Shown here: one piece after another, positions 7,466 through 17,119 of the stretch
How positions within the stretch are numbered: position 1 is the stretch's first letter
Layout: each line of letters begins with the position of its first letter
Assembly: GCA_017521965.1 (NCBI GenBank)
Contig: JAFXAY010000097.1
Span: 13,370-77,369 of the forward strand
Reading direction: 5' to 3'
DNA length: 64,000 nt
Source of the DNA: Tidjanibacter sp.
GTDB lineage: Bacteria; Bacteroidota; Bacteroidia; Bacteroidales; Rikenellaceae
Notes under the pieces: generated by a model
What the model was told of the DNA's origin: nothing
What the model saw: only the letters and a program-made list of their open reading frames with translations
Database searches by the model: none
Translations under genes and position numbers: made by a program

Positions 7466-9784
7466 ATGAAGAAGTTTACATTTATTGCACTGCTTGCCAC
7501 TCTGCTTTGTGGTTGTGCTCAGTTTGCCGACGATGAGGTGAACACTCAGAAGATTGTTGCTCCCGAGAGTATCGAGGCTTCGTTTGAAGAGCCTTCGAGT
7601 CGTACATACGTCGAGAACGATAGGTATTTGCGTTGGACTGCGGGCGATGAGATATCCTACTTCCCCGGTGTTACATTTAATATGGAGTATCGCTTTACCG
7701 GTGTTACGGGCGCAAATAATGGCTCGTTCAGCAAGGTAACCGTAGGCCCCGTGACGGGCAATGAACTCTCGCGCAATTATGCTATCTACCCCTACGATGA
7801 GGATATTGCTGTATCGGACGAGGGTGTTATCTCGCTTAATATCCCCGCTGTGCAGAAGTATGCAGAGAACTCCTTTGGTGTTGGTGCAAATACTATGGTT
7901 GCAGCCACCAATGGCATAAACGACGAGGTGTTGAAGTTCCGAAATGTGGGTGGCTACTTGAAGATTAAACTCTATGGCGACGATGTTACTGTTAAGAGTG
8001 TTAAGTTGCAGGGCAATAACAACGAGAAGATTGCAGGCCCCGCACTGATTACCGCCACCTATGGTAACGACCCGACAGTTGTGATGACCGCCGAGGCTAC
8101 CACCTCAGTGACTATCGATTGCGAGGAGGGTGTAACCATCAGCAACAACTCCGAAACCCCCACAGAATTTTGGTTTGTACTGCCCACCGTTACCTTTGAA
8201 GATGGCTTCACCATTACCGTCACCGACATTAACGATGGCACCTTTGTAAAATCGACCTCCAACACCTTCACCATCGACCGCAATATGATTCAGCCGATGA
8301 AGGAGCTTAATGCTATAATCGAGGGTGGCTCCTCGCCCGAGCCCGAGCCCGAGCCTGATCCCGTTGGGCCTGCTAATAATGAGATTTGGTACACCAATGG
8401 CAGCACGACCGTACCAACCGATTCTTTCAAAAAAACAGTTTTTGGAGCAAATTATGTTTCCAATATCTACGACGCTGAGAAGGGGTGCTGGGTGATTACC
8501 TTTGATGGTGATGTAACCACAATAGGGGATAGCGCTTTTGCTTTTTCATCTATCACCAGTATTTGTATACCTAATGGTGTAACAAGTATTCATCAACGTG
8601 CTTTTCAAGGATGCAGTTCTTTGGAATCTTTTAGCGGTAAATTTGCATCTGATGATCATCATTGTTTAGTTGAAGATGGTCTATTAAAGGGAATAGCGTT
8701 GGCGGGACTTACAGCATATACCCTTCCTAATAGTATTATATCTATCCCAGACCAAGGTATCGATTGTGTATGGTTTGCTAGTTTAGAGAAAATCACAATC
8801 CCAAATTCAGTTGTATCTATTGGAAATTACTTCTTGGCTGAGAGTACGCATTTAAAAGAAGTAGTTATAGGGGAAAGTGTTGTATCTATTGGTGATAACG
8901 CATTTGGTGCTATGTATGCCCTGGAGAAAATTTATTTCAAGGCTATGATACCTCCAACTTTTGGAAACCCTGTTTTATATGATGTAAATAGAGGGGATGT
9001 AGATATATATGTACCGAATGATAGTAGGCCAAAGTATATTGCGTCCGATGTGTTTGTTAATAATAGCATTATTGGCTATGATTATATTAATGGTAAGGTT
9101 GCAGAACCTCTTCAAGTGGCTGATATTGCGAATAATGAGATTTGGTATACAGCGACGGAGAAATATGAATCGCTTGGTGCAAGTGGCTTCGACGTTGATA
9201 TCGTTGCCCATGGTTGGAATGCAGCGTCTGGTGAAGGAGTTATAGTATTTGATGGAGATGTTTCTATTATAAAAATTTGTGCATTTGTAGCTTCTCCCTT
9301 TGTTACTGTAACACTCCCAAATAGTGTTACTTCTGTTGAAAATGGCGCTTTTGTTCTTAGTGAATCTTTACAAGAGTTTAGAGGAAAGTTTTCTAGTAAT
9401 TATGGTTACTCTCTTATTTGTAATAATGTCTTTGTGCAATTTGCAACAGCAGGATATGATGGAGAGATTTTTGTTATTCCTGAGGGGATTACCAAAATAG
9501 GGGACTATGCTTTCTTCAAATCTTCTATTTCATCTGTTACAATACCTGATAGTGTGGAAATGATTGGAACGGAAGCATTAAATTCTTGTCTCAATCTTAA
9601 AGAGGTATATTGCAAGCCAATCACTCCGCCAAACGGAATATCGTATTATACGTTCGACCGCAATGCTTCGGGACGAAAGATATACGTTCCTGCCTCCGAT
9701 GATGATAGCGTTGTCAATGCCTATAAGGCTGCCGAAGGTTGGAAAGAGTATGCTGATGCGATTGAAGAGTACGAATTTGAATAA
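7466..9784 (+). CDS. surface lipoprotein with two BspA-type leucine-rich-repeat modules
   Basis: ATG at 7466 gives MKKFTFIALLATLLCGC (lipobox). PEPEPEPDP linker. Repeated IPNSVxSIGxxAF LRR units. Each module starts with ANNEIWYT. Confidence 0.85.
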   Translation: MKKFTFIALLATLLCGCAQFADDEVNTQKIVAPESIEASFEEPSSRTYVENDRYLRWTAGDEISYFPGVTFNMEYRFTGVTGANNGSFSKVTVGPVTGNELSRNYAIYPYDEDIAVSDEGVISLNIPAVQKYAENSFGVGANTMVAATNGINDEVLKFRNVGGYLKIKLYGDDVTVKSVKLQGNNNEKIAGPALITATYGNDPTVVMTAEATTSVTIDCEEGVTISNNSETPTEFWFVLPTVTFEDGFTITVTDINDGTFVKSTSNTFTIDRNMIQPMKELNAIIEGGSSPEPEPEPDPVGPANNEIWYTNGSTTVPTDSFKKTVFGANYVSNIYDAEKGCWVITFDGDVTTIGDSAFAFSSITSICIPNGVTSIHQRAFQGCSSLESFSGKFASDDHHCLVEDGLLKGIALAGLTAYTLPNSIISIPDQGIDCVWFASLEKITIPNSVVSIGNYFLAESTHLKEVVIGESVVSIGDNAFGAMYALEKIYFKAMIPPTFGNPVLYDVNRGDVDIYVPNDSRPKYIASDVFVNNSIIGYDYINGKVAEPLQVADIANNEIWYTATEKYESLGASGFDVDIVAHGWNAASGEGVIVFDGDVSIIKICAFVASPFVTVTLPNSVTSVENGAFVLSESLQEFRGKFSSNYGYSLICNNVFVQFATAGYDGEIFVIPEGITKIGDYAFFKSSISSVTIPDSVEMIGTEALNSCLNLKEVYCKPITPPNGISYYTFDRNASGRKIYVPASDDDSVVNAYKAAEGWKEYADAIEEYEFE

Positions 9785-9812
9785 TTAACCCCAAAGTTTT
9801 TTATCACACAAT

Positions 9813-9845
9813 TAGAGGCGTATGTTATAATAACATACGCCTCTA
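9813..9845. terminator. bidirectional hairpin terminator
   Basis: 14-bp stem AGAGGCGTATGTTA/TAACATACGCCTCT between convergent genes. Confidence 0.6.
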
Positions 9846-9896
9846 ATGTTTTGATAATCAGGCGATAAAGGCCTTAAAGTACTCGGCGAAAAAAAA

Positions 9897-10502
9897 TTAC
9901 CCGCCTACCTCGATGAGGTTGTTCATAATCGCGTAGACGGTGAGGCCGGAGATGGTGCGGATGCCAAGTTTGCGGGAGATGTTTTTGCGGTGGGTGACTA
10001 CCGTGTGGACCGAGATGTTGAGCCTTTCGGCAATCTCCTTGTTGGTTGCGCCGCCGGCCACTGCCACCAATATATCTTTCTCTCTGGCGGAGAGTTCGTC
10101 GCCGCGCTCCTCGTCGCCCATAGGCTCGGAGTTGTGGACCGACTCTCGGATGCGCTGCACAAGCAGCGAGGGGTGGGTGCCGAGTCCGACCACAGCGTCG
10201 AAGCGGCGGAGGTACTCCTCGTCGAAGGTGTCGTAGGCCATAGCCACCAGAGGCAGGCCCGACAGGGCGGGGTGGGCGGTACGCAGTTGGGAGCGGTCGC
10301 CACGCTCGATGAGCGAGGGATTAATCACCACCACATCGGCATCGAGACGCTCCATAGCCTGCGGGGTGAGCAGCGAGAGGTCGCTGACCGACTCCACCAC
10401 GACAATATCTGCCGCAGCGTTGAGTGCTGCCACCACACCGTAGCCCACAATGGCGCTCGGCTCAACCACAACAACCCTTATCTCATCTCTCTGTTGGCTC
10501 AT
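9897..10502 (-). CDS. LuxR/NarL-family regulator with a degenerate (pseudo-)receiver domain
   Basis: C-terminal LSAREKDILVAVAGGATNKEIAERLNISVHTVVTHRKNI helix-turn-helix. The N-terminal receiver-like fold lacks the acidic pocket and the phospho-Asp (see finding). Confidence 0.85.
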   Translation of the reverse strand: MSQQRDEIRVVVVEPSAIVGYGVVAALNAAADIVVVESVSDLSLLTPQAMERLDADVVVINPSLIERGDRSQLRTAHPALSGLPLVAMAYDTFDEEYLRRFDAVVGLGTHPSLLVQRIRESVHNSEPMGDEERGDELSAREKDILVAVAGGATNKEIAERLNISVHTVVTHRKNISRKLGIRTISGLTVYAIMNNLIEVGG

Positions 10503-11197
10503 CTCTCGGCTCCTTTCTCAATGCGTGCGGCGAGTGGCACAAGCAGGCGGTTCTCTATCAGAGTGTGAGCCGCAAGTTCCTCCTCGATGCGGTAAATATC
10601 TCTCAGCACAGCGTGCGAAGCCATCGCCTCGTCGGCATCGGGCAGATACTTGATAATAATGTTGAGCAGGTCGGCGAGCTTCTCGTCGATATCGCTATGC
10701 GTCTCGGCAAAGTCGCCGATGGTAAATCCCTCGCCTCGGGTGCCACTAATCAGACTCTCGATATAGGGGAATACGGTCTGCTCCTCGTAGTGGAAATGTT
10801 TGAGCACCTCCGTTTCGTAAACATCATAGAACGAGTTGATTATCTCCCTCTGACGAGCGCTGAGTGCTGCTGCCATAGTGTGAATATGGTCGTGCAGGGT
10901 GGGGAAGTAGTGCTCAGTGTAGTTGTGGTGTGACAGACGCAGAAAATCGACTATCGGGCGCAGGTCGTCGCGTACCAGACGGTCGATGCTCGGCGCGCTA
11001 TTGCGCTCGTCAACTATATTACTCATAGCCACCAGCAGGTGTGCCGATACGCCCTGCTCGGCGCACACCTCCTCCACGCTGCGCTCGCCAAAGCCGAGTC
11101 GCAGCCCCATACGCTCAAAGAGTGTGAGCAGGCGAGGGTTGCTCAGTAGCAGGTCGGCCATCTTCTGGTCGGTGGTATATGGTCTGAGTGTTGTCAT
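10499..11197 (-). CDS. hemerythrin-like di-iron protein (ScdA/YtfE/RIC-like)
   Basis: N-terminal ScdA_N-like segment MADLLLSNPRLLTLFERMGL. His/Glu-rich helical hemerythrin-type repeats (HHNYTEHYFP.., ETHSDIDEK). 4-nt overlap with the regulator gene. Confidence 0.75.
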   Translation of the reverse strand: MTTLRPYTTDQKMADLLLSNPRLLTLFERMGLRLGFGERSVEEVCAEQGVSAHLLVAMSNIVDERNSAPSIDRLVRDDLRPIVDFLRLSHHNYTEHYFPTLHDHIHTMAAALSARQREIINSFYDVYETEVLKHFHYEEQTVFPYIESLISGTRGEGFTIGDFAETHSDIDEKLADLLNIIIKYLPDADEAMASHAVLRDIYRIEEELAAHTLIENRLLVPLAARIEKGAER

Positions 11198-11241
11198 ACT
11201 TTTGCAAAGTTATTGTTTTTTTTAGAATTATCGGTAAAAGG

Positions 11242-13617
11242 TTAGAAAAGTCCGCCGATTAGATAGACCAAATAGGCGACAATCCACGCCACAAGTGTGT
11301 TGTAAATCACTGCAAATGCAGCCCAACCCCGCGAGCCGGTTTCGCTGCGTATGGCGGCAATGGTGGCTATGCAGGGGAAGAAGAGGAGTATGAAGACCAT
11401 AAATGCGGCTGCCGAGCGGGGCGAGTAGTCGCCCGAGTGCACGAGTGCTCCCGCGAGGCTCTCCTCCTCGGTGTTGTAGAGTACTCCCAAAGTGCTAACT
11501 ACCAACTCCTTGGCAGGTATGCTTGCCAGAAGTGCCACACTGCCGCGCCAATCGATATCCATAGGTCGCATCACCGGCTCTATCGCCTTGCCTATGTGTG
11601 CTATATAGCTCTGCTCCTGTGCGTTGGTGGCTGCTATGCTCTCCTCTGCGGGGCGCGGGAAGTAACCCAAAAACCACACCACAACCGAGGCTACCAGCAC
11701 CACGCTGCCGATTTTGCGCAGATACTGAGCGCACTTGTCCCACATATGTTTCACCGTGGAGCGCAGAGTGGGCATACGGTAGGGCGGAAGTTCCATTACA
11801 AAAGGCGTTTCATCGACCTTGAACTTGGTGCGACGCAATAGTCGGGCTGTGAGTGCCGCAACGGCAATGCCGAGCAGGTAGAGCCCGATGAGCACCGTGG
11901 CGGAGTGCCCCGGGAAGAAGGCTCCCGCAAACAATACATAGACAGGCAGTCGTGCGCTACACGACATAAAGGGAGTTATCAGTATGGTTATCAGCCTGCT
12001 GCTGTGGCTCTCGATAGTGCGCGTTGCCATAATGGCGGGCACATTGCAACCAAAACCCATCAGCATAGGGATAAACGACTTACCGTGCAGGCCGAGACGG
12101 TGCATCAACTTATCCATAATAAATGCCGCGCGTGCCATATATCCTGAGTCCTCCATCAGCGATATAAATAGGTATAGCAGCAGGATGTTCGGCAGAAATA
12201 CCGCCACACTACCCACGCCGCCAATCACACCATCGACCAACAGCGCACGGAGCCAACCTTCGGGCAGAGCACCGCCCACAATATCGCCGAGCCAAGCAAA
12301 GAGGCTCTCAATCCACCCCTGCGGATAGGCTCCAACAGTGAATACCGTCCAGAACATCAGCCACATAAGCAGTATGAATATCGGGAAGCCCAGCCAACGG
12401 TTCGACACAAGGCGGTCTATTCGTCGGGTGCGACGAGTGGGGTCGCCCGTGCCCTCGGTGAGGGTCTCGGTGAGTGCACCATCAATAAAACCATACTTGG
12501 CGTCGCTGATGGCGGTTTCGGTGTCGCAGTCGAGGTGTCGCTCGATGCGGGCAGCACCCTTCTCGGCTGAGGTGAGCCACAAAGCGTAGTCCTTACAATC
12601 TGTAAGTGCCTTGCGTACCTCCTTGTCGCCTTCGAGTATCTTCAATGCCCAATAGCGCACGGGGAATTGGTGGGGCAGGTCGTCGGCAGCGTGCATCTGT
12701 TCCGAGAGGGCTGCCACAGCCTCCTCGACGTGAGGACCGTAGTTGATGTGGATATGGCGTACCGTCTTGTTGCGACCCTCGAAGAGTTCGATGACCGTGT
12801 CGAGCAGTTTGTCAAGACCGCTGCGTGTGCGTGCAATGGCGGGTATCATCGGCACACCCATCATCGCTCCGAGGCTTTCGTGGTCGAGTTTCGCGCCACT
12901 TGCCTGCAACTCGTCGAACATATTGAGTGCCACTACGGTACGTTGGTTGAGGTCGATTAACTCGGTGGTCAGAAATAGGTTGCGCTTCAAGTTCGATGCC
13001 ACTACCGAGTTGATTATCACGTCGGGCATCTCCTCCATCAGGTGGTGGCGCACAAATACCTCCTCGGGTGAGTAGGCCGAGAGTGAGTAGGTGCCGGGCA
13101 GGTCGGTGAGCTCTATGCGGTAGCCCTTGTAGTTGAACTTGCCTGTGGTGGCCGAAACGGTGACACCGCTATAATTACCTACGTGCTCGCTACCTCCCGA
13201 GAGGGCGTTGAAAAGCGAAGTTTTGCCACTATTGGGGTTGCCGACGAGTGCTACTCTGATGCGGTTTTTGCGCACTACTTTGAGCCCTGCAAGTGGGTTG
13301 GCTCTGCGCGATGAGCAGCCACAAGCACCGCAACTCTCGCACACCTCCGAACAGCCATACCACTCCGATGGCTCAAACTGCTCGGCTGCCTCCTCCTCGC
13401 TAAGTACCTCAATCATAGCGGCTTCGCGGCGACGCAGCGATACATCGTAGCCCATAACTGTATATTTCACAGGGTCGTGCATAGGTGAGTCGAGCACCGA
13501 TACCACTCGCTCGCCACGCACAAATCCCATCTCCATTATGCGCTTGCGGAAACCTCCGTGGCCGGCTACGCGTACTATGATTGCCGACTGACCTGTATTT
13601 AGTTCTGATAGTTTCAT
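11242..13617 (-). CDS. feoB: ferrous iron transporter, FeoA-FeoB fusion
   Basis: ATG at 13617. FeoA-like MKLSELNTGQSAIIVRV, then the G-domain VALVGNPNSGKTSLFNALSG, then a polytopic membrane domain. Confidence 0.95.
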   Translation of the reverse strand: MKLSELNTGQSAIIVRVAGHGGFRKRIMEMGFVRGERVVSVLDSPMHDPVKYTVMGYDVSLRRREAAMIEVLSEEEAAEQFEPSEWYGCSEVCESCGACGCSSRRANPLAGLKVVRKNRIRVALVGNPNSGKTSLFNALSGGSEHVGNYSGVTVSATTGKFNYKGYRIELTDLPGTYSLSAYSPEEVFVRHHLMEEMPDVIINSVVASNLKRNLFLTTELIDLNQRTVVALNMFDELQASGAKLDHESLGAMMGVPMIPAIARTRSGLDKLLDTVIELFEGRNKTVRHIHINYGPHVEEAVAALSEQMHAADDLPHQFPVRYWALKILEGDKEVRKALTDCKDYALWLTSAEKGAARIERHLDCDTETAISDAKYGFIDGALTETLTEGTGDPTRRTRRIDRLVSNRWLGFPIFILLMWLMFWTVFTVGAYPQGWIESLFAWLGDIVGGALPEGWLRALLVDGVIGGVGSVAVFLPNILLLYLFISLMEDSGYMARAAFIMDKLMHRLGLHGKSFIPMLMGFGCNVPAIMATRTIESHSSRLITILITPFMSCSARLPVYVLFAGAFFPGHSATVLIGLYLLGIAVAALTARLLRRTKFKVDETPFVMELPPYRMPTLRSTVKHMWDKCAQYLRKIGSVVLVASVVVWFLGYFPRPAEESIAATNAQEQSYIAHIGKAIEPVMRPMDIDWRGSVALLASIPAKELVVSTLGVLYNTEEESLAGALVHSGDYSPRSAAAFMVFILLFFPCIATIAAIRSETGSRGWAAFAVIYNTLVAWIVAYLVYLIGGLF

Positions 13618-14293
13618 TTGTCTGTTGCCTCTATTTTTGCTGTGCAAAAATAGCCTATAACAGCAGGCGTGTCAATCACTATATTTGGGTATTATTGTCA
13701 GAGACCGATACTTAAAATTAGGTATAAAAGAAAACCGAGAGCAACCTCACGCTGTTCTCGGTTTAGGCATCACTCCACAAAGTACAGATATGGCAGGAGT
13801 GATTCAGACAAACATTAATAACACTGCAAAGGTAGTGTTGCAAGTATCGGCAGTCAATACCTACAATATGGGTTTTTGCTATCAAGATATACCCAATTAT
13901 TGCGAGAACTTGGCCTCTCGGCTCGCTGCTATGGCGTTATAATAATGCTTTTAAAGTGTAATCAATATCGTTTTTAGCTCTATTTATAGACCTTTTATGG
14001 TTTCGTTTTTCTACGGTTGTTTCTCGGGTTGATTTATAAGTGTAACCACAATGACAAACATTGTCAGTGCCTGATGATTTCGAGGTTATATGAATAGAAC
14101 TAATATGTTGAATTATAAGAGTTAATATATTATAATTAACCGATATCGAATTGTAACCTATTGATATTTTCTAACGCATCGGTAGTATTATGTTTTTATC
14201 TCTGTTTTGTGTCAATTATGCCTTGCTCGATATATTTGCTGCGCAATAATGAGATTATTTCTGATTTGTAAGTGATTGTGTATCAGCAAAATA

Positions 14294-14302
14294 CCCCCCC
14301 CC
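14294..14302. repeat. poly-C tract (C9)
   Basis: Nine consecutive C, 32 nt upstream of the -33 element of the polysaccharide-locus promoter. Confidence 0.9.
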
Positions 14303-14333
14303 ATTGGGAAATTGGAAAATAGTATATAAAAAG

Positions 14334-14365
14334 TTTGGTCGTTTAGGTAAATTTGCCTATCTTTG
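14334..14365 (+). promoter_or_regulatory. promoter of the polysaccharide locus
   Basis: TTTG (14334-14337), 20-nt spacer, TAtcTTTG (14358-14365). About 205-nt leader before the first gene. Confidence 0.55.
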
Positions 14366-14573
14366 TAAAGTTTCAATATCAACTTTTTAGGGTCTAAGAA
14401 GTGGTATAGAGTTGAATGCCCGTTAGGGTGGTACGACCGAAATTTATCTGCTAACTCTTATCTTTTGAGGGTTGGGTCTAGAAGATATGCTCTTGTGTGA
14501 AGAGCATCGAGCCCGACAACAAGTAGAGAAATAGCGAACCTAACTAACTGATTGCTAACTTAATTTTAAGCGA

Positions 14574-15785
14574 ATGCCCTCTTCGTTACTTTTGATTGCT
14601 ATATTTCTGATTGCCTGTATAGCAACGCAGTGGATTTTCCCTAATGTGCTCAATGTAGCATTCCAAAAAAACATTGTCGATAACCCAGATGCGCGTAAAT
14701 TGCAGCGCCGACCTGTGCCCGTTCTTGGTGGTGCGTGCGTCTTCTTTGGAGTGGTGATGGGTATCTGTTTTTCCCAACTATTCTTCGACCTCTCCTCGCT
14801 TTTCCCTGTTATGTGTGCTATGACCGTGATGCTCTGCGTGGGCATTATGGACGATATTATCGATTTGAGTCCAAAGACAAGATTTATTGTCGAGATTCTG
14901 GTTGTGCTGGTAACGCTCTGCGCAAACGGATATATGATTGACAGCTTCCACGGGTTGTGGGGTTTGAGTGAGATTTCGGTTTATATTGCTGTACCTTTGG
15001 CAGTTGTGGCTGCGGTAGGTATTATTAATGCTATCAACCTTGTTGATGGTGTCGATGGGCTTTCGACAGGCTATTGTATGATGGCCAGTTCGCTCTTCGG
15101 CATTATGGCGGCCATTGTGGGCGATTGGCCAATACTCCTCCTGGCGGTTATCTCGGTGGGTGCGTTGCTCCCCTTCTTCCTGCACAACGTATTTGGCAAA
15201 ACGACAAAGATGTTTATCGGCGATGGTGGTACCCTGATGATGGGAGTGATGATATCGGCATTTGTGATGAATATGCTCAACTCTGATGCACTCTATGACG
15301 GGTTGGCGTCGCAGGGTTTGGGATTGATACCCTTTACATTGGCAGTGCTGGCAGTGCCCGTATTTGATACACTCCGAGTGATGTCGGCACGAATAGTTCG
15401 CGGTAACTCCCCCTTCAAACCCGACAAAACTCACCTGCACCACCTCTTTATCGAACTCGGCTTCTCGCACGTGGGCGCAACTGTCTCTATCCTGTCGCTC
15501 AATACGTTGGTAGTGGCGTGCTGGTTTGTGGCCTACAAGTTGGGGTGGAGTATCGATGTTCAACTCTATGTGGTGCTGGCTATGTCGTTGGCCATCACCT
15601 TCGGTTTCTATAAACTGATGCGAATGCAGATAGCCGCCGAGAGCAAATTGTGCAGAGTGATGCAACGCATTGGCAAACGCACTCACATTGAGCGAAATGG
15701 TGTATTCCTCTTCCTCCAAAAGGTGGTTGACAGCAGCCGCAAAGAGCAAGCCGACCAACCCACCGAAGAGAAAAAAGTAAGTTAA
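14574..15785 (+). CDS. undecaprenyl-phosphate HexNAc-1-phosphate transferase (WecA/MraY family, initiating transferase)
   Basis: VDNPDARKLQRRPVPVLGG, IMDDIIDL and NAINLVDGVDGL motifs. 11 TM-like segments. Confidence 0.9.
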   Translation: MPSSLLLIAIFLIACIATQWIFPNVLNVAFQKNIVDNPDARKLQRRPVPVLGGACVFFGVVMGICFSQLFFDLSSLFPVMCAMTVMLCVGIMDDIIDLSPKTRFIVEILVVLVTLCANGYMIDSFHGLWGLSEISVYIAVPLAVVAAVGIINAINLVDGVDGLSTGYCMMASSLFGIMAAIVGDWPILLLAVISVGALLPFFLHNVFGKTTKMFIGDGGTLMMGVMISAFVMNMLNSDALYDGLASQGLGLIPFTLAVLAVPVFDTLRVMSARIVRGNSPFKPDKTHLHHLFIELGFSHVGATVSILSLNTLVVACWFVAYKLGWSIDVQLYVVLAMSLAITFGFYKLMRMQIAAESKLCRVMQRIGKRTHIERNGVFLFLQKVVDSSRKEQADQPTEEKKVS

Positions 15786-15803
15786 GCAAATTACACAAAT
15801 CAG

Positions 15804-17117
15804 ATGAAAATAGCAGTCGCCGGTACAGGCTATGTGGGATTGTCGATAGCCACTCTTTTGGCGCAACACAATGAGGTTGTTGCAGTCGATATTATCCCCG
15901 AGAAGGTGGAGATGATTAATAACCGCATCTCCCCAATCCAAGATGATTACATAGAGAAATATCTTGCGGAAAAGGAATTGAATCTTCGCGCAACACTCGA
16001 TGCTGAAGATGCCTACAAGGGTGCAGATTTTGTGGTAATTGCAGCCCCAACAAATTACGACCCACACAAAAACTTCTTTGACACATCGGCAGTTGAGAGT
16101 GTCATCGACTTGGTGTTGAAGGTCAATCCTGAGGCGGTAATGGTTATCAAATCAACTATCCCTGTGGGATATTGCCGCTCGCTTTATGTTAAGTACGCAC
16201 AGCAGTTTAAGGAGCAGGGTTTTGACTCTACCCATAAACTTCGCCTACTTTTCTCGCCCGAATTCCTGCGCGAGAGTAAGGCGCTTTATGACAATCTCTA
16301 CCCAAGTCGCATTATCGTAGGATATCCTAAGATGATAGACCAATTCGGAGAAGAGAATGAGGCTATAAAAGCAATTGCTGGTAATCATCTTGAAGATGCA
16401 GCCCACACCTTTGCAGAGTTGTTGAAACAAGGTGCTCTGAAAGAGGATATTCCGATCTTGTTTATGGGTCTGAAAGAGGCTGAGGCGGTGAAACTTTTTG
16501 CGAATACATATCTGGCACTGCGAGTCAGCTATTTCAACGAGTTGGATACATACGCCGAGATGAAGGGACTTGATACTCAGGCAATAATTACCGGTATCGG
16601 TCTGGACCCACGCATCGGTACTCACTACAATAACCCCTCCTTTGGCTATGGTGGTTACTGTCTGCCCAAGGATACCAAGCAGCTGCTTGCCAACTATGAC
16701 CACGTTCCGCAGAATATGATGACTGCCATTGTGGAGAGTAATCGTACCCGCAAGGATTTTATCGCAGATCAGGTGCTCGCCAAGGCGGGATATTACACCG
16801 CATCGAGTCAGTGGAGCAGTGCTAAGGAGCAGGAGGTGGTGATTGGTGTCTATCGACTCACTATGAAATCGGGGTCGGACAACTTCCGCCAGAGCGCCAT
16901 ACAGGGTGTGATGAAGCGCATCAAGGCCAAGGGTGCCAAGGTGATTGTCTATGAACCCACTCTGGAAGATGGCTCGACCTTCTTTGGTAGTGAGGTGGTT
17001 AACAATTTTGAGGAGTTTAAGCGTCGTTCGCAGGCTATTATCGCCAACCGTTACGACACTTCGCTCGACGATGTGGCCGACAAAGTCTATACACGCGACG
17101 TATTCAAAAGGGATTAG
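15804..17117 (+). CDS. ugd: UDP-glucose 6-dehydrogenase
   Basis: [14 protein letters not shown] Rossmann start and GGYCLPKD catalytic Cys motif. Confidence 0.95.
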   Translation: MKIAVAGTGYVGLSIATLLAQHNEVVAVDIIPEKVEMINNRISPIQDDYIEKYLAEKELNLRATLDAEDAYKGADFVVIAAPTNYDPHKNFFDTSAVESVIDLVLKVNPEAVMVIKSTIPVGYCRSLYVKYAQQFKEQGFDSTHKLRLLFSPEFLRESKALYDNLYPSRIIVGYPKMIDQFGEENEAIKAIAGNHLEDAAHTFAELLKQGALKEDIPILFMGLKEAEAVKLFANTYLALRVSYFNELDTYAEMKGLDTQAIITGIGLDPRIGTHYNNPSFGYGGYCLPKDTKQLLANYDHVPQNMMTAIVESNRTRKDFIADQVLAKAGYYTASSQWSSAKEQEVVIGVYRLTMKSGSDNFRQSAIQGVMKRIKAKGAKVIVYEPTLEDGSTFFGSEVVNNFEEFKRRSQAIIANRYDTSLDDVADKVYTRDVFKRD

Positions 17118-17119
17118 CG

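Noticed and set aside
13685-13942. 85-aa plus-strand ORF in the gap before the polysaccharide locus.
   Set aside because: It starts at a TTG, has no promoter-like or protein motif, contains a hairpin in its first third, and lies in an AT-rich intergenic region. It is not convincing as a gene.
13950-14573. Possible invertible (fin-type) promoter for the polysaccharide locus, as in Bacteroides capsule loci.
   Set aside because: I looked for inverted repeats of 15 bp or more flanking the TTTG-N20-TATCTTTG promoter. I found only short local palindromes (ACAATG..CATTGT at 14046-14063, GTTAAT..ATTAAC at 14122-14141) and an 8-bp match. No recombinase gene is nearby.
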